Below are positions 16,309 through 24,513 of a stretch of 39,679 nt of DNA, piece after piece; the stretch's first letter is position 1; each line of letters starts with the position of its first letter. The position numbers were made by a program, and so were the translations under genes. The DNA comes from a virus (taxonomy: Duplodnaviria > Caudoviricetes). Under the pieces are notes generated by a model that worked only from the letters and a program-made list of their open reading frames with translations, was not told the origin of the DNA and did no database searches. The stretch lies in IMG/VR virus record IMGVR_UViG_3300036453_000007, positions 1 through 39,679 of that record, one strand, 5' to 3'.

Positions 16309-16339
16309 AAAAAATGGCCCCTACCGATTGGTGGGTGCC
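16309..16339 (-). terminator. Intrinsic terminator after ssb
   Basis: GGCACCCACC-AATC-GGTAGGGGCC followed by ATTTTTT. Confidence 0.7.
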
Positions 16340-16364
16340 TAGGTGGTGCGGAAGGTGCGGGCTA

Positions 16365-16739
16365 CTACCAGGGAGTCTCATCCGTGAAGGCAGTCGGCGC
16401 GTTCCAGACATCGCCGCCAGTTGCCGGTGCGGTCGTCGGTGCACTCGGCTGCTGCTGCTCCTCGCCCTTGCCCGTGTCGACTCTGGCCTTGTTCACGTTC
16501 ACGTCGATGGACTGGCGCTCGTTGTTGTCGCGGTCGGTCCACGGCTTGCCCTGCTTGACGGAAAAGAACCCGGACACGTTTACCCGATCGCCTTCGGCAA
16601 GTCCCGGCGACTGGTCGAACCATGCTGTGTACCGGTTCGTGTATTCCTTGTCGCCACTGGTCGACTTCTCGGTGATCTTAACGCAGCGGCCGTCCTGGAA
16701 GATGCGGTCGACAGTGCCCTGAATTTTGATGATTGCCAT
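16365..16739 (-). CDS. ssb: Single-stranded DNA-binding protein
   Basis: OB-fold pattern (LAEGDRVNVSG...WTDRDNNERQSIDV) and acidic tail DETPW. Confidence 0.85.
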   Translation of the reverse strand: MAIIKIQGTVDRIFQDGRCVKITEKSTSGDKEYTNRYTAWFDQSPGLAEGDRVNVSGFFSVKQGKPWTDRDNNERQSIDVNVNKARVDTGKGEEQQQPSAPTTAPATGGDVWNAPTAFTDETPW

Positions 16740-16741
16740 GT

Positions 16742-17032
16742 TTATTTCTCCTTTTTCGTGAGGGCTTGTGCCCTCTGTAATTCCTGATAACCGAGCGACT
16801 TGCTGCCACCCGGCCTGTACGTCTGTTTCGGTTTGCGCGGCTGTTTCGGCTTGCGTGCGTTGACCACGTGAGACTCGGCAACCAGCGCGTAGACATCCGG
16901 CAGCACACCCTCGAACCGGGCCACCTTCGCAAGGTGCTCCCGAACCATCTGCCGGTGACCTTCCCCAGTGAATGACTCGCGGGCGATCGTTGCCGGGTCA
17001 ACCTGGGCGAGGAACATCTCGAAACTGTTCAC
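16742..17032 (-). CDS. Hypothetical protein
   Basis: 96 aa, GTGA overlap with the upstream gene. Confidence 0.7.
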   Translation of the reverse strand: MNSFEMFLAQVDPATIARESFTGEGHRQMVREHLAKVARFEGVLPDVYALVAESHVVNARKPKQPRKPKQTYRPGGSKSLGYQELQRAQALTKKEK

Positions 17033-17472
17033 AACACCCTGCCAACCGTGCCGACATCCACCGGCACACCATCGCCCTGATCCAGTGCGAGCCGATCCGA
17101 TGCCTGCCTGCGCTCGAACTCCCGCAGCGTAAACAGTGCGTCGCGGATGTCAGGGGGGAGCAGGTTGCGACTCGGCCACGACTTATCGATAAGGCCGCGT
17201 GCCTTTGCGGATCTCACGTCGGCTTCGATTGCGTTCAGGTTGGACCGGTTATCGACGGTGACCAACGCGACGACATGCGCCACGGTGAACTGTCGACCAG
17301 CATCCGGGCCGGTGTAGTGATCGATGCACGCCTGTTCAGCCTGCGCATAGGTCACGTCACGATTAGCCAGGACACGAAACCATGCGTCCGTCGTCACCCG
17401 GTCAACCTGCACGAACCGGTCGAGGCCGCTTGCAAACAGCAGCAGCGTTCCGATCTCAGGCTTGGTGATCAT
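17029..17472 (-). CDS. Putative helicase loader/inhibitor (G39P-like)
   Basis: Follows the replication initiator; D.R...DAWFRVL...YAQAEQACIDHY pattern. Confidence 0.6.
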   Translation of the reverse strand: MITKPEIGTLLLFASGLDRFVQVDRVTTDAWFRVLANRDVTYAQAEQACIDHYTGPDAGRQFTVAHVVALVTVDNRSNLNAIEADVRSAKARGLIDKSWPSRNLLPPDIRDALFTLREFERRQASDRLALDQGDGVPVDVGTVGRVL

Positions 17473-18302
17473 TGTTCGATTCCCCTCGGTTGGTCGTGCT
17501 CATGTTGCTGCCGGTACAGGTCCTGAACGAAGTCGAGGTTCTGATCGGTGCGGGTCGGTTTGCGGTCTTGCTGATCAGCGACGGGTAACGCTTCGATCCA
17601 TCGCCCTTGGTTCAGCCACGCCTCAAGTCCGGGCGTGAATTTCTCCGCGGTTGTGGCTGCGTATGCTTCACCGAATCTGATGACGTGTTCGGCAAGCTCT
17701 GCAACCGGGATCTTCTTCGCGGCCGTCTTGAACTTGGCGAGTGCAAGTGCGCGCTTGGTTTGCTTCGGCCATGACTTCCATGCGATGTCAAACAGTTCGA
17801 TTTCACGTTCACGTTCACCGGAGGTGGACAAGTCTTTACTTCCCTCTTCCTTCTTCCCCCTTCCCTCTTCCCCCTTCCCTCGTGCCGGAATCCGCGGTTG
17901 AGTGTCGGATAATCCGCCACTGAGTGTCGGACGGTTCGACTCCCGCGTGTTTCCGGGGGTGTTGGCGTCTTCGGGGCCAGGATTTGACCGACGTGCCTTC
18001 TTTTCGGTGCGCTGGTGCGTTTCCCACGTCGGGATCGCGTAGAACTGTCTGCCCGCGACCTCGTAGAAGTCCACGCCGTAACATTCGGATACTTCCCGAC
18101 GCAGTGTCGGATAATCCGCCGCCGAAATGTCGTTGTCATTCGGGAATGCAAATGACACCAAGCGGCCCGCGTTTGCATCACCAATGCCCCAGTCATCAGC
18201 CCAGTTCCACATGGCGATATAGAACAGTCGGCACCGGAGTGAGGCGCGCGCGGTATCTGGTGAATCCCAGAAGTCAGGCTTGATCGATCTGATTCGGGCC
18301 AT
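17469..18302 (-). CDS. Replication initiator (RepA / lambda O-like)
   Basis: MARIRSIKPDFW...YIAMWNWADDWG...WETHQR N-domain; FDIAWKSWPK...A..KF...WLNQGRW C-domain; internal iterons. Confidence 0.85.
   Translation of the reverse strand: MARIRSIKPDFWDSPDTARASLRCRLFYIAMWNWADDWGIGDANAGRLVSFAFPNDNDISAADYPTLRREVSECYGVDFYEVAGRQFYAIPTWETHQRTEKKARRSNPGPEDANTPGNTRESNRPTLSGGLSDTQPRIPARGKGEEGRGKKEEGSKDLSTSGEREREIELFDIAWKSWPKQTKRALALAKFKTAAKKIPVAELAEHVIRFGEAYAATTAEKFTPGLEAWLNQGRWIEALPVADQQDRKPTRTDQNLDFVQDLYRQQHEHDQPRGIEQ
17899..18120. repeat. Iteron-like repeats, probable replication origin
   Basis: AGTGTCGGATAATCCGCC exact at 17901-17918 and 18103-18120; TGAGTGTCGGA at 17899-17909 and 17921-17931; adjacent pyrimidine tract at 17839-17880. 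Confidence 0.7.
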
Positions 18303-18332
18303 TGGGTGCCTCCTTCCTGTTCTTATGCACGT

Positions 18333-18752
18333 TCACGAGATCCGCTCGACTCTCAGCTCGAACCGTGCAGGTCCTTCGCCGGCGCCCAGCTTCACAATCC
18401 GCGGCATGAGCTTGTCCATCTGATCCGGCGTGTCATCCGTGACCACTCCCGCATCCACCAGCCCGTCACACATGGCTTTGAGTGTCGGCACCACGTTGTC
18501 GGCGTCGCGGCGATGGTTCGTGACAACCAGCCATGTCAGGGTTACGCGGCACTTTCCTAATGCCGGGTATCTGGCAGCGGCGAGACTGGTTGCCCGCCGA
18601 ACGTCTTTCGTGATGCTCGCCTTCTTGCGCCAGTGCATCCGCTGGTTCGCGGTGAGTGGCGGCGAGGTGTAGCCGAAGTGCAGGGTCCCGGCGAATGCTT
18701 CTGGCGGTCCCTGGTACGTCTCGGCCATCAACCCTTTATCCATGCTGATCAT
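18333..18752 (-). CDS. rusA: RusA-like Holliday junction resolvase
   Basis: RRDADNVVPTLKAMCDGLVDAGVVTDD catalytic motif; start trimmed to the ATGA overlap with whiB. Confidence 0.85.
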   Translation of the reverse strand: MISMDKGLMAETYQGPPEAFAGTLHFGYTSPPLTANQRMHWRKKASITKDVRRATSLAAARYPALGKCRVTLTWLVVTNHRRDADNVVPTLKAMCDGLVDAGVVTDDTPDQMDKLMPRIVKLGAGEGPARFELRVERIS

Positions 18753-18961
18753 GTTCTCGCTCTCATTGCTCGCCGTTCTGCTACCGATTTGCCCCCGAAG
18801 AATCCGAATTTGTAGTGCATTCCGACCTCGAGGCATTGCGCGGTTACTGGGCAGGTTTCGCAGATGGCACGAATACCGGGTGTGTTCACGCCTACTTCGG
18901 CGAAGAATGCGTCCGGGTCTGTGTTGGTGCAGTCCGCGTAGTCTTGCCAGTGGGCGATCAT
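18749..18961 (-). CDS. whiB: WhiB family Fe-S transcription factor
   Basis: W...ADC...DPDAFF...ICETCPVTAQCL...GFFGG...ER: four Cys plus a G[FW]GG turn. Confidence 0.92.
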   Translation of the reverse strand: MIAHWQDYADCTNTDPDAFFAEVGVNTPGIRAICETCPVTAQCLEVGMHYKFGFFGGKSVAERRAMRART

Positions 18962-19530
18962 TCGGTAGCCTCAGCAGGTTCGCCCGCAGCCTTGATAGCT
19001 GCACCGCGAGCACCGAACGCTGCCTTGAGCTCGTCCGTGTATGCGCCGGGTGTTGCGGTCATTGCCTTATAGAGCGCGGTGAGGGTTACCGTGTCGAGTA
19101 CGGCGTCCATATCGGTTTGCCAGTCGCGGGTGACTGCTGCTGCGAGGGGCTGCACGGTGAAGTTCTTGCGCTTGCCCCTGGTTGCTGTCAGCGCGACGGT
19201 CAGCGGCTTCTCGATGTGGCTCAGGTGCGAGATCTCAATCCCGCCCGTCTTCTCACGCCCGAACGTGATCTCGGGGTTGCGGTAAAGGGTGAGTCTGTGG
19301 CCGGCATATGCTCCGGCTTCCTTGCCCCAGGATGCGACCATGACGCGGCGCATGCTTTTTGAGGGGCGGTAAGCGCGACCGGGGAACTCGACCAGAACCA
19401 CGTCGACCGGCTGCTCTGCGCTGCCTGCCTTGACTTCGGCGATGGTCACGGTGACAGGTCCGGCCATGAGATCGTCAGCGTTGAGTTGGTCGGACTTGGG
19501 GGCGATGCTTTGGGTCATATCCATGGTCAT
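18958..19530 (-). CDS. Hypothetical protein, likely recombination/annealing partner of the exonuclease
   Basis: MTMDMTQSIAPKSDQLNADDL...; lies just downstream of the YqaJ gene. Function inferred from position. Confidence 0.7.
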   Translation of the reverse strand: MTMDMTQSIAPKSDQLNADDLMAGPVTVTIAEVKAGSAEQPVDVVLVEFPGRAYRPSKSMRRVMVASWGKEAGAYAGHRLTLYRNPEITFGREKTGGIEISHLSHIEKPLTVALTATRGKRKNFTVQPLAAAVTRDWQTDMDAVLDTVTLTALYKAMTATPGAYTDELKAAFGARGAAIKAAGEPAEATE

Positions 19531-19700
19531 GCTTCCGTTTCTTCGTTGTTCATTTCCGCTTCTTCGGTCAGCATTTCCGACCACTTCTTCTCGACCGCGA
19601 CTTCAATCGAGCACCACAAGCACATGCCGTCTGGTTGATCCGCGACGGCTCTGCACATGCCGTGGTTGGCGCACTTGGTACAGGTGCAGTCGGCGCTCAC
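19527..19700 (-). CDS. Small Cys-rich protein (57 aa)
   Basis: Hand-translated MSADCTCTKCANHGMC...MCLWC...; GTGA and ATGA overlaps fill the gap exactly. Confidence 0.7.
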   Translation of the reverse strand: MSADCTCTKCANHGMCRAVADQPDGMCLWCSIEVAVEKKWSEMLTEEAEMNNEETEA

Positions 19701-20449
19701 AGCGACATCTCCATATCGGCGTCGTGATCAATCCGTGGCGCAATGGGTGCGCCCTCGGTTGCTGCTTGATAGTCGGCGGTCATGCTCGCCACGTTGATCT
19801 CGAACGTGCTGAGTGCATCCCGAATTACTGCCACCCATGCGGGGTCGGGGTAGACGCGCTTGACCCAGAGCGCGAGGCCTGAGGAATACGACACGTAATC
19901 GATCCAGTCGCGGCCTGAGACGAGAAGCCCGAGTTGCAGTTGCCCGACGTTCTCGGATGGCGGACGGTCAGCAAGGACTGTTTTCATGTGCTCTTTGGCC
20001 TTGCGCGATTTGATCTCGATCAGACCGTCGCTACCAACCAATCCATCTGGCGAATATCCGGCAGTGAATCCGTCGAATCTTCGGGTCATGAATCCGACCT
20101 CAGCGACGGGCGCATAATGCTCGACGTAGAGGGCGCGCGCGTCAGGCTCATCGTCGGACCCGCGCTGCATCTCGAATGAAGGGTGCACGTACTCGACAAA
20201 ACCAGTCATGCGCTCTATCGCCAGGGTCATCGTCAGCCCTCGCGACGTGTCGTTATCCGCGACCTTGAGTGTGGCCGTGACGAGCTTGGTCATTGTCGAT
20301 GCCGTGACTAGTCCGCAACGTGCATCCAGCCACTCGTCCGTGCCTTGCTCTAACTCCCGCCAGATCCTCAGGTCGGGGTCACCGGGAACAATTGACCCCC
20401 GCTGCAAGTCGATCTCAGCGGGGGTAGTGGGTGCGCCTGTGGCGTTCAC
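19697..20449 (-). CDS. YqaJ / lambda-exonuclease family nuclease
   Basis: EQGTDEWLDARCGLVTAS...EPDAR..Y...YSPDGLV...LIEIKS...QLQ...DYVSY. Confidence 0.9.
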   Translation of the reverse strand: MNATGAPTTPAEIDLQRGSIVPGDPDLRIWRELEQGTDEWLDARCGLVTASTMTKLVTATLKVADNDTSRGLTMTLAIERMTGFVEYVHPSFEMQRGSDDEPDARALYVEHYAPVAEVGFMTRRFDGFTAGYSPDGLVGSDGLIEIKSRKAKEHMKTVLADRPPSENVGQLQLGLLVSGRDWIDYVSYSSGLALWVKRVYPDPAWVAVIRDALSTFEINVASMTADYQAATEGAPIAPRIDHDADMEMSL

Positions 20450-20658
20450 AGTCCCACCGTTCTCGTCTGCCCGTTGCGCTCCATGCGTTCGAGCACGAGG
20501 GTTTGGGCGCGGGTTGCTTCGGCGAGGGCTTGCTGTGCTTGAATCGCAGCCACGGCGAGGTCGAATTCGGCGGCATCTAGTCGACAGCCGTGCATGTTCG
20601 CATTCGCCAGCGCGCTCACGACGTTGTCCCGTGAATCTTGAAGGTGTGATCCGTTCAT
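20446..20658 (-). CDS. Hypothetical protein
   Basis: 70 aa, coupled overlaps. Confidence 0.7.
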   Translation of the reverse strand: MNGSHLQDSRDNVVSALANANMHGCRLDAAEFDLAVAAIQAQQALAEATRAQTLVLERMERNGQTRTVGL

Positions 20659-20783
20659 TTCTTGCTCTCTTTCACGATGCGTTCCCAGTCGATCCCGAGT
20701 GCCGCACCGGCTGCATTGAGCACGAGGGGCGCGTCGGAGAAGATGATCTGGGGGATGGTGTGGGATACGGGGAGGGGGGTCAC
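20655..20783 (-). CDS. Small hypothetical protein (42 aa)
   Basis: Hand-translated MTPLPVSHTIPQIIFSDAPLVL...; GTGA/ATGA overlaps fill the gap exactly. Confidence 0.65.
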   Translation of the reverse strand: MTPLPVSHTIPQIIFSDAPLVLNAAGAALGIDWERIVKESKK

Positions 20784-21289
20784 TTTTTGGCCCATTTAGT
20801 GCGCATCTTCTTCAGGTCGTCGGTGAAGTTGCCGACCGACAGAACAACGCGCCCGGTGCCCTGCTCGGGAACCATTCGCAGGTTCAGTGCCGTGGATACC
20901 GCAGCCAGCACCTCCGCGGCCACTTCGGATTCGGGGCGTAGGCGGGTGAGTGGCAAGACGATAAGCAATTCGGCCTCCCATAGCGCATAGGGTTCATCGG
21001 CCCCAAAACCCCACCACTTTCCATCCGCAAGGTGCCACAGTGACCCATCGAGGGCACGGTAGAGGTCATCGTCAGTCGGCAGAACCACGGGCGGAACCTC
21101 CGTGAATACTGACCAATGGCCCGGACGTCCCAAGCTCACGGTTCCGGCGTAATTAGTGACGATCTGGTGATTCCCAGAAGCGATCGATGTAAGCTCGCCG
21201 ACGATCTCATTCGTGCCGTCCGTGACCTTGATGCGCGTGCCAAGCAATCTGGCTGACCACATGGCCGGTTGCCATTCGATGTCGTTCAT
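20780..21289 (-). CDS. Hypothetical protein
   Basis: 169 aa, coupled overlaps. Confidence 0.75.
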   Translation of the reverse strand: MNDIEWQPAMWSARLLGTRIKVTDGTNEIVGELTSIASGNHQIVTNYAGTVSLGRPGHWSVFTEVPPVVLPTDDDLYRALDGSLWHLADGKWWGFGADEPYALWEAELLIVLPLTRLRPESEVAAEVLAAVSTALNLRMVPEQGTGRVVLSVGNFTDDLKKMRTKWAKK

Positions 21290-21444
21290 TTGATTCTCTC
21301 AATCGCGGCCATGAGACCGATAGCAGTAGGCGTGACCATGAAGAGCGCGCCGGAAAGGATCAGCATCGGGTTGGTGACGATGCCGAGATCGACCATGAGT
21401 AGGCCGAGGGTGAACAGGATTAGTAGCCAGTGAGTCGCGGTCAT
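21286..21444 (-). CDS. Small membrane protein (52 aa)
   Basis: Hand-translated MTATHWLLILFTLGLLMVDLGIVTNPMLILSGALFMVTPTAIGLMAAIERIK; ATGA overlaps on both sides. Confidence 0.7.
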   Translation of the reverse strand: MTATHWLLILFTLGLLMVDLGIVTNPMLILSGALFMVTPTAIGLMAAIERIK

Positions 21445-22202
21445 GCGATCGCCTCGAGGTCGAATGGCTGTGCGGTTTCCCGTTCAAGCCGTTTCGCCGC
21501 TGCCTCGCATTGGCTCTCGCGTTTCTCAAATAGCAAGGCTCGGCGACCGAGTTGGCGGGCGGCAACTCCTGCGCTTGCCGACCCAGCGAACAGGTCAACT
21601 ACGAGTCCACCTGCCGGAACCGAACACATGATGTACTGACTCACGAGCTGCACGGGCTTCTCTGTCTCGTTGATCGCCTTGCCGTGCATGGATCTCAGCT
21701 TGATAACCGACCGCATGATTCGGTCGCCGCCGTCCGTGCTTTCGTAGTTCGTTCCTGCGATCGCGCCCATGTGTGTCGGGCGTTCTTTACGGCGCACTGT
21801 CTTGCGCACGGCGTCGGCAGTCTTCGGTGGGTCGTTATACAGCGCGCCCCACTCGCCGAGATACCACTGCACCGCGAACTCATGCACTCGCTTGAATCGG
21901 TCGTTGTGAAACCCCGAACCGTTGTGCTTTTCCCACACCGTGTCCTGTGCCAGCTTCCACTGCACGAACTCTGCAGCCCTCTCATGGAACATGCGGAACG
22001 ATCCGAAGCACCACAGGTTGTCCGTTATCTTCGCGGCCTCAGCGAGCCAACCGGTCGGCCACACGTCCCAGTCGAGGGAGGTCTCGCCATAGGGCGGGTC
22101 TGTCACGATCGCGTCGGGATTCGCAGATGCCAGGATGTCGAGGTGATCTCGGAAGTCCCCGTGATACAGCGTGACCAGATCGTCTTGGTAGTAAGGCTTC
22201 AT
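21441..22202 (-). CDS. Orphan DNA methyltransferase (N6-A/N4-C, beta class)
   Basis: TDPPY catalytic motif precedes DLFAGSAS SAM-binding motif; start MKPYYQ at an ATGA overlap; no cognate endonuclease seen. Confidence 0.9.
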   Translation of the reverse strand: MKPYYQDDLVTLYHGDFRDHLDILASANPDAIVTDPPYGETSLDWDVWPTGWLAEAAKITDNLWCFGSFRMFHERAAEFVQWKLAQDTVWEKHNGSGFHNDRFKRVHEFAVQWYLGEWGALYNDPPKTADAVRKTVRRKERPTHMGAIAGTNYESTDGGDRIMRSVIKLRSMHGKAINETEKPVQLVSQYIMCSVPAGGLVVDLFAGSASAGVAARQLGRRALLFEKRESQCEAAAKRLERETAQPFDLEAIA

Positions 22203-22405
22203 TCGTCGCTCCCAATCGCATCCCACGTCGTCACGTTCTGATGCCCGTTCCCACACGTGAACACCGCGCTGTTGTCGCTGTCCACGTACACGTCGACATC
22301 GCCGTCCCAGTTGCATGGCTTCGGGAACTGCTGAAAGAAATTGATCTCGACTGAACAGACTGTGTTGACCGTGTATCTGACTACGTTCTCGCCAGACGTT
22401 GCCAT
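22199..22405 (-). CDS. Hypothetical protein (Cys/His)
   Basis: 68 aa, coupled overlaps. Confidence 0.7.
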   Translation of the reverse strand: MATSGENVVRYTVNTVCSVEINFFQQFPKPCNWDGDVDVYVDSDNSAVFTCGNGHQNVTTWDAIGSDE

Positions 22406-22665
22406 TACTTGACCATCCCCAACATCCGCATAATCTCAACGTCACGCCCAAACAGCGCCGTGACCCGCTTCGTCTGCGCCGGTGTGTACGCGCTCAGTTC
22501 GGCGTGCACATATACGGGAGCAGCTGGGGCAGTGGTCCGCCCGGTTTCATGCCGGTAGCAGGTCTGGCACATGCCGACACGTGACATGCGCACGGTGCCT
22601 GGATAGTCGATGGCGAGTTGCTTGAACTGGCGCATCGGACGGTTGCAAACTTGGCAGGGGTTCAT
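22405..22665 (-). CDS. Hypothetical zinc-finger protein
   Basis: MNPCQVC...GMCQTCY; ATGA start. Confidence 0.7.
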   Translation of the reverse strand: MNPCQVCNRPMRQFKQLAIDYPGTVRMSRVGMCQTCYRHETGRTTAPAAPVYVHAELSAYTPAQTKRVTALFGRDVEIMRMLGMVK

Positions 22666-22889
22666 GCGATTGCCGTCCAGTTGCGCCACGTCTGCAGCTC
22701 GTACGGCTCTGCGTCACTCGGCCCGCGCAGATTGTCACTGAGCGTCTTCGCTCTGATCTCATACGTGCCGATGTGGGTTATCTCGATAGACACTTGCCCG
22801 TGCTTGGTGCTGCTGGCAAGTTTCGAGCCGACCACGAGGCCATTGGTTCGGCAGGTTGCTGCGGATGTGGATTCGATCTTTATGCTCAT
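22662..22889 (-). CDS. Hypothetical protein
   Basis: MSIKIEST..., 75 aa, ATGA overlaps. Confidence 0.65.
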   Translation of the reverse strand: MSIKIESTSAATCRTNGLVVGSKLASSTKHGQVSIEITHIGTYEIRAKTLSDNLRGPSDAEPYELQTWRNWTAIA

Positions 22890-23083
22890 GCGATGCTCCC
22901 TGCGATCAGGTTGGAAACGAGGACGACTACGGCGCCAAGGAGCGCACCGATAAGTAAGATGAACGAGACGGTTTCGAGCTCGCGGAGGTGGGCGCGCCGT
23001 GCAATGCGTCGGTGCCGGTCGGATTCGAGGATGCGCGAACCGTGGGTCGGTTCGGCGGGGTATGGGGTGGGAGGGCGAGTCAT
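22886..23083 (-). CDS. Small membrane protein
   Basis: 65 aa with one C-terminal hydrophobic helix. Confidence 0.7.
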   Translation of the reverse strand: MTRPPTPYPAEPTHGSRILESDRHRRIARRAHLRELETVSFILLIGALLGAVVVLVSNLIAGSIA

Positions 23084-23463
23084 GCGATCCCCGCATTCGC
23101 GGCCTGAAGCGCCAATGACTCAACTTCGCGGGTCAGCTTTTCCAGATCCCAGAAGTTTTCAGCATCGTTATAGTGATGCACGTACTCCGTGCTACCACCA
23201 ATCTCTGCCAGAGCCTCATATGACCAGTCGTCCCAGGCATGTGCAGTGTCGAATCCAACCCTTCCCTCATGGCATCCGTAGGTCAGCCCGCCGTGGATCT
23301 CTACTTCGATCTCGTCGTAGTCCTTGCCGAACCATGGGTGCGACTCAGGTACGATCACGTAGCCATTGCCGCAGCTCTTCAATGGTGAGAGCCGGATCTC
23401 CCAATGGATTCCCTCGGTGATGCCAGAAGTTACAGGCGGCGTTGATCCCATTTTCTTACTCAT
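23080..23463 (-). CDS. Hypothetical phage protein
   Basis: NGYV..PESHPW...HGGLTY...GFDTAHAWD, a motif set recurrent in phage proteins. Confidence 0.8.
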   Translation of the reverse strand: MSKKMGSTPPVTSGITEGIHWEIRLSPLKSCGNGYVIVPESHPWFGKDYDEIEVEIHGGLTYGCHEGRVGFDTAHAWDDWSYEALAEIGGSTEYVHHYNDAENFWDLEKLTREVESLALQAANAGIA

Positions 23464-23762
23464 GCGATACTCCAAATCTGTGTGCGTCGGTTGAATGGTG
23501 TGCGGCCGTATTCGCCGGTGAACTTCACGAGGCCCTGCAGTTCGAGCTCTTTGCGTGCGGTGCGAATGCGTTGCGGCGTGGCTCGTGCGGTGACTTCCTT
23601 GTAGAAGTACGCGTTGAGGTGAGCGGCGACCAGTTGGCCGTCTGTCTGCGGTTCCTTCGCGAGATGAACGAGCACCCAGCGTTGAAGGGATGAGAGGTTG
23701 TCCTCGGTGATCGCCTCGTCTGCCTCGTGTGAGGTGTGAGGGTCGCGGGTTCTGGTCGTCAA
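23460..23762 (-). CDS. Winged-HTH DNA-binding protein
   Basis: RTRDPHTSHEA...TDGQL...RIRTARKELELQGLV...TPFNR..QIW. Confidence 0.7.
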   Translation of the reverse strand: MTTRTRDPHTSHEADEAITEDNLSSLQRWVLVHLAKEPQTDGQLVAAHLNAYFYKEVTARATPQRIRTARKELELQGLVKFTGEYGRTPFNRRTQIWSIA

Positions 23763-23884
23763 CTGTGGCGACCTCTAATGCCGATGCGGGCGTTCAACTC
23801 TTCCCGGAGTCTCTCTGCTCGCTCCATGGACTGCGCGAGGCTTGTTGGCTCAGCTACGTGCTTGCCGGTATTCTGATTGGGCAT
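23759..23884 (-). CDS. Small hypothetical protein (41 aa)
   Basis: Hand-translated MPNQNTGKHVAEPTSLAQSMERAERLREELNARIGIRGRHS; TTGA overlap. Confidence 0.5.
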   Translation of the reverse strand: MPNQNTGKHVAEPTSLAQSMERAERLREELNARIGIRGRHS

Positions 23885-23908
23885 GTGAATCTCGTTTCTG
23901 TGTCATGG

Positions 23909-23935
23909 CCCCCTGTTCGCGCAGGGGGTTCTTTC
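23909..23935 (+). terminator. Hairpin, possible plus-strand (antisense) terminator
   Basis: CCCCCTG-TTCGCG-CAGGGGG followed by TTCTTT on the plus strand only. Confidence 0.5.
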
Positions 23936-23943
23936 GTTGGTTG

Positions 23944-24159
23944 CTAGTTGGCGGTTACGTTGTCCCAGTCGCAGGACAGGTCGTATCTGGGGCCCTCAAT
24001 GCAGAAGACCTTGCCCCGCGGCGTTTCGACGTAGCCCGAGTCGTAGGAATCGACTCGGGTGAGCTTGTTTCCGGGTGTAACTTCGGCCGCTGACGATGAG
24101 CAGCCAGCCAGCCCGACGATCACGAGTGACGCGGCGGCGAGTGCGGTAAACCTCTTCAT
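23944..24159 (-). CDS. Small lipoprotein
   Basis: Signal peptide MKRFTALAAASLVIVG with lipobox LAGC; paired C-terminal Cys; RBS AAGGAG. Confidence 0.8.
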   Translation of the reverse strand: MKRFTALAAASLVIVGLAGCSSSAAEVTPGNKLTRVDSYDSGYVETPRGKVFCIEGPRYDLSCDWDNVTAN

Positions 24160-24186
24160 TGGTTCTCCTTCTGTTGGTCGTGCGCG

Positions 24187-24513
24187 TTATTGGTTCCGGC
24201 TTTTCTTGCGCATCTTCGCCATGCGTCTAGCGCCGGCGAGGTCGTACAGGTTGCGGCCGGTAGCGCTGGGATGTTCAGCGTCAGCAACCCACCCGGACGC
24301 TTTGGCCCAGAGGATCGTCGTAACCGTTGGCATCCCGTCAGCACCGGCAGCGACACAGACCGTGATGCGGCCTCGTGTGCGCCATTCCGAACGGGTGCGA
24401 GCCGAATAGAACCGATCGCGCGGCCGCTGGAATGCAGCCAGGATCTCGGATGCGTCCACGGCCATATCGACCGCGCGGGATAAAGCGTGATGCGACATGG
24501 CGAAATCGGCCAT
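24187..24513 (-). CDS. DUF4258-like (RelE/BrnT-fold) protein, possible RNase toxin
   Basis: SHHALSR...EILAAFQRP...ITVCV...TVTTILW pattern; strong RBS AAGGAGG. Confidence 0.55.
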   Translation of the reverse strand: MADFAMSHHALSRAVDMAVDASEILAAFQRPRDRFYSARTRSEWRTRGRITVCVAAGADGMPTVTTILWAKASGWVADAEHPSATGRNLYDLAGARRMAKMRKKSRNQ

